NCBI GenBank assembly: GCA_046533775.1
Contig: JAWDOO010000001.1
Location: 90,001 to 122,000, forward strand
Length of the DNA: 32,000 nucleotides
From: Candidatus Nanopusillus sp.
GTDB taxonomy: Archaea; Nanobdellota; Nanobdellia; Nanobdellales; Nanobdellaceae
Direction of reading: 5' to 3'
The number at the start of each line of letters is the position of its first letter. The stretch's first letter is position 1. Below are positions 17,260 to 24,688 of this stretch, piece after piece. The translations under genes were made by a program, and so were the position numbers. Under the pieces are notes generated by a model. That model did not search any database and was not told the DNA's origin. It worked only from the letters and a program-made list of their open reading frames with translations.

Positions 17260-18072
17260 ATGACATATATAACAAATATATTTCTTCCAAATAGGGAAAG
17301 AAAAAGTAAAGAGTTAAATTCTAATCTTGATAGTATACTTAATAATTATAATTCTGGAAATCCTAGAAATTATGAAAATAAAAATACTAGTTATCCCCAA
17401 ACACCATATTATCATTCTATAATTGTTTTGGGAGGAGGCCCAGAACATACAGCATATAGACTTGAAAAGGCAATAGAATTATACAAACAAGGAATTGCAG
17501 ATTACTTAATTGTAACAGTCGGTGAAAGTGATGTCTCTATTGCTAAAAAAATAATAAAGAATACTGGTATAGATAAATATATAGTTGATGATAGATCAAC
17601 AACCACATTACATAATGCTCTCTATGCTAAAGAAATACTTCACAATTTACATGCACCAAAAGGTACATTAGTAGCAATATTAACTGAAGAACCTCATTGT
17701 GATAGAGCTATAGATACATTTAATTTAATCTTTAGAGGAAAATATAGAATAGATACAATTTGTATTAAGCCCCTTCCAGATCCATATATGTGGGATAAAG
17801 AAGAAAAAATAAAACGCATAAGAAAGTATATTCATCCTTTATATCCCCTATTAATTAACTCTTTAACATATTCAGAAAAATATTTAAGTTATTTACCAAG
17901 AATGAATGAAGAAAAAGCAGAGAAAATGGTAGATAAATTCATAAAATCTACATCAGATACCATCAGCTATTTATTTAATACATCATTAAAATATGCTAAT
18001 AAAGTAAGAGAATATATTAATAAGATAATTGGAAGTTATAGGTCATATGTAAATGCATCTCCAAGTAGCTAA
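17260..18072 (+). CDS. DUF218 (YdcF/SanA/ElyC-like) domain protein with N- and C-terminal extensions
   Basis: The core HSIIVLGGGPEHTAYRLEKAIELYKQGIADYLIVTVGES..DRSTTTLHNALYAKEIL..LVAILTEEPHCDRAIDTF fits DUF218 (ivVLGgg...R...a..ly..g.a..ii.sGg..e..s.nT.eNa...vilVTs..HmpRa). G+C is noticeably higher than in neighbouring hypothetical genes. Confidence 0.6.
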   Translation: MTYITNIFLPNRERKSKELNSNLDSILNNYNSGNPRNYENKNTSYPQTPYYHSIIVLGGGPEHTAYRLEKAIELYKQGIADYLIVTVGESDVSIAKKIIKNTGIDKYIVDDRSTTTLHNALYAKEILHNLHAPKGTLVAILTEEPHCDRAIDTFNLIFRGKYRIDTICIKPLPDPYMWDKEEKIKRIRKYIHPLYPLLINSLTYSEKYLSYLPRMNEEKAEKMVDKFIKSTSDTISYLFNTSLKYANKVREYINKIIGSYRSYVNASPSS

Positions 18073-18300
18073 TAAATATGGTTAAAAAGGAAAATGGATA
18101 TTAAATATATACAACTTTTCTTAAAAAACCAATTATAACTTTTATATTCTTCAAAAATATTTAAAAAGCCAAAAAATAAGAAATCAGAAATTAAATATTA
18201 TATATAAATAACTATAATTTTTACATTATATTTCTTAAATAATACAAAAGATTATTTCTGAAAAACCTTTAAGTAAGTATTACCTTAAAAAGAATCTTTG

Positions 18301-18361
18301 TATATAAATTTTTGTTACTAAAGGATAACAATAAAAGTATTTTTCCAATATTATAATAAAG
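18301..18361 (+). promoter_or_regulatory. Conserved upstream module, copy B: TATATAAATTTT box + inverted repeat TGTTA-ctaaagga-TAACA + AATAAAA/T5/CCA
   Basis: Paralogous to 17195-17259. Lies at the end of an unusually long (289 bp) non-coding stretch and directly precedes the 18362 ATG. Confidence 0.55.
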
Positions 18362-18982
18362 ATGTCTGAAATACCTAATATACCTCTCAATACAAGAGTC
18401 TATGCAATAAGAAGAAAAAACAATCTAGATGAAATACTAGCATATCAAATAGATCAAGAAAAAAGATTTATATCTTATACTTTTCAAACAAAAAGAGAGA
18501 TACCAAAAGTATTGGAAATTTATAGAAAAATTAGAGATGAATATTATCCTGCAGCATTTATAGTACCTTCGCCATCACCTGAAATGAATAGACAACCTAT
18601 TCCTTTTGATGGTAACTTTGCTTTAGTTGTAGGATATACAAAAGAAATACCACCTTATGTACCACTAAATAATTTAATCCGTACATATTACATAGAAATT
18701 ATAAAAGAAAAAAATAAATTATTGGAGATGCATATAAATGGCGTTAGTGGAATTGACATTTTACAGAATCGTGAAGAGCTAAGAGAATATATTTTATATT
18801 TAGAGAAGGTTACTAATCAAGAAGATTTGATTAATCTTATTATATACAATGAAAAATATCCTACAACTATTGGAGAAAATAAAATGATGAAAAATGGTTG
18901 GTTCATCGTTATTGATGATGATACTTCTAAAAATTATATATTTACTCCTACCAATGTTAAAATATTTGAAATATTCATATAG
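18362..18982 (+). CDS. Hypothetical cytoplasmic protein, no recognisable domain
   Basis: 206-aa ORF with no hydrophobic segments. The first 12 residues (MSEIPNIPLNTR) resemble those of the preceding gene (MTYITNIFLPNR). Relatively G+C-rich codon use for this window. Confidence 0.55.
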   Translation: MSEIPNIPLNTRVYAIRRKNNLDEILAYQIDQEKRFISYTFQTKREIPKVLEIYRKIRDEYYPAAFIVPSPSPEMNRQPIPFDGNFALVVGYTKEIPPYVPLNNLIRTYYIEIIKEKNKLLEMHINGVSGIDILQNREELREYILYLEKVTNQEDLINLIIYNEKYPTTIGENKMMKNGWFIVIDDDTSKNYIFTPTNVKIFEIFI

Positions 18983-19074
18983 TATGAGAGTAAAGTTTAG
19001 AATATTACCTTAACTACACTATAAGGTCTTATCTTATTACTTTGCATTTTTATTATTAGATAATATCAAAAAAT

Positions 19075-20202
19075 TTAACTAATATAAATTGAAGGCATTA
19101 TATCATTGGGTGGCAATGATCTTAATAAAACCCAATATAAGTATATATTATTACCTGATAGCTGCTGTGCTATTGTTATAGGCAAACTAAATGTACCAGG
19201 TATTGTTGTAGTACTTAATATTTGAGTATAATTCACTAAAAAATAAGTATAATTACTAGAAAATCCAATTTCATATATTGTTGGAACATAATTATATGTT
19301 ATACTTCCTACATTAGAAGTTCCTACATATAAATAAAATTGACCTGAATTTCCTGAATTAGTATATGAAAATGCAGCACCATCATTATTTCCTCGAACAG
19401 CAACTAAAAGTCCACCATAATAGCAATAATAATCATTTCCGTCTGGTGGAGTTGTTCCACCTGCTCCTAAAACTATATAGTCCCAACCAGTACGATTAGT
19501 AATTGGAACAGAAGCATAGATTTCTAATATATCATTTTGCATAGTAAGGTTTACTGTAGTAGTAAGACCATCATTATAAAGTGAAGTAGGAGATGGAATA
19601 ATTGTATAATTTGTAGAAAAAGAAACATTATACTGATCATAACAATCATATGCCCAATTTGGGGGTAATGAACTCAAACCTCCAAAGTTTTGATAATAAT
19701 TAAATACATCTTGTCCATTATCGTATTGAGAAGTACCTAAAACTTGTATAGGTGCACCAACATATGGATAAAATTGTGAATAAAAATCAGCACTACTATT
19801 TCCTATATACATATATATTGTTACATTTGAATTAGCAGGTATCTCATTTGGTAAATTTACCCACCATACATCACATGTTACCCCATTATAATTTAATGGA
19901 CCTTCATACCACGAATAATAAAATAATTGATTATTATTTGGATTAAAGAACATTACATTTGATCCATTTGGATTTATTTTATTAAATAATGTTACATTAT
20001 TAATATAAGCAAAGTTATTACCAATATTTATACTTCCATTACATATTGCAATATCTTGTTGAAATGGTGATGGAGTAGGAATATTTTGATTATTATATAT
20101 TATTATTGGATAACTACTAATATTAAAATTATATATTATATTAAATTTATTATTATTTAATATATTATAATTATAACTTATTCCATTAAATACAAAATTC
20201 AT
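19075..20202 (-). CDS. DUF2341 / concanavalin-A-like (LamG) surface protein body; reading frame stays open upstream to 20607 and is the frameshifted continuation of the 20600 pilin-like start
   Basis: FQQDIAI..NGSNVMFFNPNNNQLFYYSWYEG..CDVWWVNLPNEIPANSNVTIYMYIGNSSA fits the DUF2341 pattern (DirF.d.dg..L.y.ie.w...a.vWVkvp.i.a.s.t.iymYyGN). The frame has no ATG between 20607 and 20202. Confidence 0.6.
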   Translation of the reverse strand: MNFVFNGISYNYNILNNNKFNIIYNFNISSYPIIIYNNQNIPTPSPFQQDIAICNGSINIGNNFAYINNVTLFNKINPNGSNVMFFNPNNNQLFYYSWYEGPLNYNGVTCDVWWVNLPNEIPANSNVTIYMYIGNSSADFYSQFYPYVGAPIQVLGTSQYDNGQDVFNYYQNFGGLSSLPPNWAYDCYDQYNVSFSTNYTIIPSPTSLYNDGLTTTVNLTMQNDILEIYASVPITNRTGWDYIVLGAGGTTPPDGNDYYCYYGGLLVAVRGNNDGAAFSYTNSGNSGQFYLYVGTSNVGSITYNYVPTIYEIGFSSNYTYFLVNYTQILSTTTIPGTFSLPITIAQQLSGNNIYLYWVLLRSLPPNDIMPSIYIS

Positions 20203-20495
20203 ACTTTTTATATAATTTGTATAATTATAATAACAAAAAGGATTTATTATATAACATAATTCATTACTTCCAGAAGGTATTATATTTCCATTATTACATA
20301 CAATATTACTTCCATTTATAGATATAGTATTTCCATAATTATCTGTAAATATTATTTGAGAATTATTTATATTTATTGGTATATTTCCATTGTTATAGAT
20401 ATTAAAATATAATATATTATTTGAACAATATACACTATTTATTGTAAATGATATAATATTAGATTGTTGATTAACTAAATTATTTGTTGATAATT

Positions 20496-20600
20496 TTAAT
20501 GAACCAAAATACCTGTAGTAAATGAATATAATATTAAAGAAATTGCAACTGTAATAACAATAATTAATATAGATGCTATTATTGGAGAAATAGATTTCAT
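20496..20600 (-). pseudogene. 34-codon fragment encoding an archaeal type IV pilin-like class III signal peptide, out of frame with the downstream body (frameshift or sequencing error)
   Basis: Hand translation gives MKSISPIIASILIIVITVAISLILYSFTTGILVH*. KS/ISPIIA..ITVAIS matches the archaeal pilin N-terminal domain (r.vSPVIg.iLlvaITV). Adding one T to the T4 run at 20506-20509 gives ..FTTGIFGSLKLSTNN.. and a continuous 508-aa ORF ending at 19075. Confidence 0.6.
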
Positions 20601-20732
20601 ATATATTCTATATTCCTTAATATATAAATATTTTATGGATAATTAATAATTTAGATGAAATAAGTAAATAATCCCTTTATATTATTAAAATAATTTAAAC
20701 AATTAATTTAATTTGCCAATATTTAGAATTAT

Positions 20733-20743
20733 AAAAAATAAAA
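20733..20743 (-). terminator. Oligo-T tract TTTTATTTTTT 8 nt downstream of tRNA-Leu
   Basis: Minus strand reads ..CCGCCGCActtaaaaTTTTATTTTTTat. This fits the archaeal oligo-T termination signal, with low specificity in AT-rich DNA. Confidence 0.3.
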
Positions 20744-20750
20744 TTTTAAG

Positions 20751-20834
20751 TGCGGCGGAGGGGATTTGAACCCCTGACGGATCTTATCCAATCGGACCTA
20801 AACCGACCCCCTTTGACCTCTCGGGCACCGCCGC
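20751..20834 (-). tRNA. tRNA-Leu (anticodon UAG), 84 nt, type II long variable arm, no intron, no encoded CCA
   Basis: Minus strand: acceptor GCGGCGG/CCGCCGC, anticodon stem GTCGG/CCGAT, loop TT-TAG-GT (G37). Variable arm TGGATAAGATCCGTC with stem GGAT/ATCC. T arm AGGGG-TTCAAAT-CCCCT, discriminator A. Starts 10 nt after the alaS stop. Confidence 0.92.
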
Positions 20835-20844
20835 TTAATAAAAA

Positions 20845-23451
20845 TTAATTTACTTTCTTTATATAAAATTTATCAACTTTCTTTTCTCCTTCTTTTAAAT
20901 TAATTATTCCATCCTTACACTTTAAATTTATATCATTTATTAAATTTTTATACTTCAAAACATATTTTATTATATCAGAAATACATAAATTGGTTTCTAA
21001 ATATAATTTTCCATCCTTTATATTGTTTTTAATATATTCATCTAATATTAAATTTAATTTTTTATTATATTCATCTCTTTCTTTATTTATTTTTTCAATA
21101 TAATTATTTAAATTATTTATATCAATATTATATTTATTTTTTATATCTAAAATTTTTTCTTCATAATCTTCAAATTCTTCTATAACTCTATCACCAGCAA
21201 CAAATCTAAACCTTATTAATCCATCTGCAATTTTTTCTACACTTTTTATTTTTACTAATCCAATTTCTAATGTATTATCTAAATGCGTTCCAGAACATGC
21301 TTCAACATCTGTATTTTCTATTTCAACAATTCTTAATTTTGTTTCTGGTATAAATCCTCCTTGATATATTATAAATCCATATTTTTCTTCAGCCTCATTT
21401 CTTAACAAATAAAATTTATTTATTTTTCTTCCTTCTAATATTATTTTATTTAATTCTTTTTCAATTAATTTTATTTCATTATATGAAGGTACTTTATAAT
21501 GCGTAACATCTAATTTTCCTTCATATTCATTTTTTTCAGCACTAGCTTGCCATATATGATTTCCATATATTTTTCTTAATACAGATGTTAATAAATGTGT
21601 TGCAGTATGATGTCTTGATATCCTATATCTTCTATCTTTATCAATAATTTGTAAAATATTTGAATTTTTATCCCAATTAACTTTTCTATCTATTTTATGT
21701 AATATTATTTTTTCATATTCAATTACATCAATAACTTTTGCAAAATAATTTTCAAATCCTTCAATTTTATTACCGTTTAAATAATCTTTTAATATTTCTT
21801 TTACATAATATGGAAAATCATAATTATTTAAAATATCTTTTGAATAATTTTTTATTTCATCTAAATTAAATATATATCCAGTATCATTTACCTGTCCACC
21901 TTTTGTTGGATAAAATACAGTTCTATCAAATATTAAATATTCATCTTCTATTCCAATTAATTTTCCAATATCATAATATTTTTTCCATGATTCATAAAAT
22001 GATTTATATGTTTCCGGATAATTTAATTTTAAATTTAATTTTTCTTCTTTTTTTATTTTTTTAGATTTTTCTTTATGTTCCTCAATTAATTTATTTAATT
22101 CTTCTCTATTTATTTTTATATTTGGATTTATATCTTCTATAATTTCTAAAGAAATTCCATATGATGTATATAGTTCAAATATTTTCTTTGTATCGATATT
22201 TTTTAAATTATTTAAAATTTTTTGAGCATTTTTCTTTACTTCTAAATATTTTTCATATTCATATTTTAATATATCAACAATTTCATTTATATTTTCCTTT
22301 AATTTTTCTTCATACCAATCTTCAGAAATTTTTATCAATAATTTTCTTAAAAAGTCTTCTATATCATTTATTTCAAAATATTTATCAATAAAATAAAACA
22401 TTCTTCTTGCAATCAATCTTAAATTATAATTTCCTCCAATATTTGAAGGTAATGCTCCATCAGATATTGCAATATATAATGATCTAATATGATCTGAAAT
22501 TGAATATATTGCCCTCATTATTTCAATATTATTCTTTGGATCTATTCCTTTTTCCTTTAAAAATTCCTCAAAAGATTTTATATCATTTTTTTCAAAATCA
22601 AATAATGAAGAATACATTGAAATCTTTGATAATAAATTTATATCAATTTCATATTTTATATTATCTAATAAAAATTTTATTGTATTTGGAAATACAATAT
22701 CATATGATGTACTTGTACCATTTGTAATCCATGCAACTCTTTCCTGTCCCATTCCCATATCCAAAACTTTTAATTTATCCAATTCTATCCATTCATTATT
22801 AATAATTTTATATTGCATATATACCTGATTTGCAACTTCTAAACCTCTTATAAAGAATTCAATCGATGTACCACCATTTCCCCCACCTTCCCATTTATCT
22901 TCATGAAATATAAATTCATTCATTGGAAAATTATTATCTTCAAACCAATAATATAGATCTAAAAAATATTGATTTATATCATATTCTTCAGGTTTTACAA
23001 ATGCATGTTGTCCAATCATTACAAAACCTGTATAATGTCTTCCCGTTAATCCAACATTTCTTACATCATTAAATCTTAAACAAAATTGTGGAACGGTTAA
23101 TTTTTTTGAAGGTGGTTCTGTATATCCTTCTACAACCCATGGTTGAAAATCTGCAATTGATGCAATTACAAAATCTATATCATCCCTCCATCTAGCTACA
23201 ACAGGATATCTATTTATTATTGCATATCCTCTTTTATTTAAATATTTTGAAAAACTTTCCCATACTTCTCTATATTTTAATTTTTTTCCAACAGGATTAT
23301 TTATAAAACCATAATTTTCATGATCTCCACATATTTCTCTATTTTTATCAAAAGTCCAAAAATATCTACCACAAATTTTACATTTTTTTCTAAATAGACC
23401 TAAACTTTCTAAAGATCTTTTTGGATATAATTTTTCATAATCAGATTGCAC
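20845..23451 (-). CDS. alaS: Alanine--tRNA ligase, archaeal type, encoded as a single unsplit gene
   Basis: Archaeal N-terminal Zn motif FRKKCKICGRYFWTF..CGDH. Catalytic core ..WEGGGNGGTSIEFF..GLEVANQVYMQY. Editing domain HHTATHLL ... CSGTHL. 868 aa. Confidence 0.95.
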   Translation of the reverse strand: MQSDYEKLYPKRSLESLGLFRKKCKICGRYFWTFDKNREICGDHENYGFINNPVGKKLKYREVWESFSKYLNKRGYAIINRYPVVARWRDDIDFVIASIADFQPWVVEGYTEPPSKKLTVPQFCLRFNDVRNVGLTGRHYTGFVMIGQHAFVKPEEYDINQYFLDLYYWFEDNNFPMNEFIFHEDKWEGGGNGGTSIEFFIRGLEVANQVYMQYKIINNEWIELDKLKVLDMGMGQERVAWITNGTSTSYDIVFPNTIKFLLDNIKYEIDINLLSKISMYSSLFDFEKNDIKSFEEFLKEKGIDPKNNIEIMRAIYSISDHIRSLYIAISDGALPSNIGGNYNLRLIARRMFYFIDKYFEINDIEDFLRKLLIKISEDWYEEKLKENINEIVDILKYEYEKYLEVKKNAQKILNNLKNIDTKKIFELYTSYGISLEIIEDINPNIKINREELNKLIEEHKEKSKKIKKEEKLNLKLNYPETYKSFYESWKKYYDIGKLIGIEDEYLIFDRTVFYPTKGGQVNDTGYIFNLDEIKNYSKDILNNYDFPYYVKEILKDYLNGNKIEGFENYFAKVIDVIEYEKIILHKIDRKVNWDKNSNILQIIDKDRRYRISRHHTATHLLTSVLRKIYGNHIWQASAEKNEYEGKLDVTHYKVPSYNEIKLIEKELNKIILEGRKINKFYLLRNEAEEKYGFIIYQGGFIPETKLRIVEIENTDVEACSGTHLDNTLEIGLVKIKSVEKIADGLIRFRFVAGDRVIEEFEDYEEKILDIKNKYNIDINNLNNYIEKINKERDEYNKKLNLILDEYIKNNIKDGKLYLETNLCISDIIKYVLKYKNLINDINLKCKDGIINLKEGEKKVDKFYIKKVN

Positions 23452-24301
23452 CCTTTTTCTTTAATAATTCATATTTTTGCATTACTAATATTTCATCCAT
23501 TGAAAGTTCAGAACCATTCATAATTTTTTGCTGTATCTTTGAATATTCTTCAATTATCTTATTCTTTTCTTCTTCAGATATTTCAACTGCTTGCTTTTGT
23601 AATCTCTGACTTATATATTTTTGTAAATCTTCATTTAATTTATCTTCAAGTTCTCTTATTTTATCCTTTATTTGTTTTATTTGTTCCTTAATTTTATTAT
23701 ATTCATCCATTATTTGTGTTAATCTTTCTTTTATTTGCTTTATTTGTTCTTTTACAACCTTTCTTTCATCAATATTTTTTCTAATATTTTGACCTATTAT
23801 TGATAATTTAGATCTATAAGCATTATATTCTTCCCTTAATTTATCAAATTCTTGTAAAACAGAAGATATTTCTTCATATTTACCTAAAAGTTTTCTTAAA
23901 TATTTTATCCTATTCCAAATTTTCTTTTCTTGAGAATATGATAAAACTTCTGTCTGTAAAACATATTCCAATGTTTCCAATTCTTTTTTATATTTATTTA
24001 TATCTTTTGCAATATCTTTATTCTTAAATATATCTTTTCTTGCTTGTCTTATTTCATCTAACTTTTTCTTTAATTCTTCTAACTTCTCCAATGTTTTTTG
24101 TCTTTCGTTCATTAAGTTATCCAATATTTTACTATACTCTTCTTTTTTACTCCTCAATTCCTTTAATTTTTCCAATAATTCTTTTCTTTCTTTATATAAA
24201 ACCTTCTTTCTAGAGTATAAATTTTCCTTTTCTTCTCCTAACTTAATTAATTCTTTTTTTGTTAAGATAATGCCCCTATAAATTTTATCTGAATCTATCA
24301 C
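23441..24301 (-). CDS. Conserved archaeal coiled-coil protein (COG1340-like)
   Basis: 286 aa, K/E/L/I-rich heptad sequence throughout. The LE(Y)VLQTEVLSYSQEKKIW.RIKYLRK block and the C-terminal GSELSMDEILVMQ resemble the COG1340 family. Overlaps the alaS start by 11 nt. Confidence 0.5.
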   Translation of the reverse strand: MIDSDKIYRGIILTKKELIKLGEEKENLYSRKKVLYKERKELLEKLKELRSKKEEYSKILDNLMNERQKTLEKLEELKKKLDEIRQARKDIFKNKDIAKDINKYKKELETLEYVLQTEVLSYSQEKKIWNRIKYLRKLLGKYEEISSVLQEFDKLREEYNAYRSKLSIIGQNIRKNIDERKVVKEQIKQIKERLTQIMDEYNKIKEQIKQIKDKIRELEDKLNEDLQKYISQRLQKQAVEISEEEKNKIIEEYSKIQQKIMNGSELSMDEILVMQKYELLKKKGAI

Positions 24302-24336
24302 CTTAAAATTAAATTATATATAAAAATTTATAAATT

Positions 24337-24645
24337 TTAGAAACCAAATAATGATGATAAACCTTCTAATGCTTGCTCTTCCTTCTTTTCTTCTACCTTC
24401 TTTTCTTGCTTTTCTTCCTTCTTTTGCTCTACTTGTTGTGGAGCAGCTTGTGCTGGAGCAACAGATAATGATTCTTCCTTTATTTTATCCAAATCAACTC
24501 CTTGTAAACTTGCTAATACAGCATTTATCATTGCATCATTTGGTTCTATTCCTACTGATGTCAATACTTTTTTTATATTATCTGCATTTATTTCTTTTTT
24601 AGCTTCATGTAATAACCATACTGCATATATATATTCAAGACCCAT
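24337..24645 (-). CDS. rpl12: Large-subunit ribosomal stalk protein P1 (aP1 / L12e)
   Basis: MGLEYIYAVWLLHEAKKEINADNIKKVLTSVGIEPNDAMINAVLASLQGVDLDKI, then an Ala/Gln and Lys/Glu hinge, then the conserved C-terminal LEGLSSLFGF. Confidence 0.95.
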   Translation of the reverse strand: MGLEYIYAVWLLHEAKKEINADNIKKVLTSVGIEPNDAMINAVLASLQGVDLDKIKEESLSVAPAQAAPQQVEQKKEEKQEKKVEEKKEEQALEGLSSLFGF

Positions 24646-24688
24646 TTATTATTGTTAAAAAAAATATATTTAAAAATGATAGCCTTCC

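Noticed and set aside
20496-20513. Programmed -1 ribosomal frameshift joining the pilin signal peptide to the DUF2341 body
   Set aside because: No canonical X XXY YYZ slippery heptamer or obvious downstream structure is present. A one-base change in the T4 run (mutation, phase variation or sequencing error) is the simpler explanation.
17196-20750. Calling the tRNA-bracketed segment an integrated mobile element
   Set aside because: No integrase, transposase or viral gene is visible, and no direct repeat of either tRNA 3' end. It is kept only as a compositional and synteny hypothesis in the findings.
23660-23755. Direct repeat CTTTATTTG(T/C)TTTATTTGTTC about 60 nt apart
   Set aside because: It encodes the duplicated heptad segment KEQIKQIK...KEQIKQIK of the coiled-coil protein. 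This is an intragenic coiled-coil periodicity, not an independent element.
24375-24435. Polypyrimidine CTT/CTTTT-rich tract resembling a microsatellite
   Set aside because: It is the antisense of the Lys/Glu-rich flexible hinge (KKEEKQEKKVEEKKEE) of ribosomal stalk protein P1. This is coding low complexity, not a regulatory repeat.
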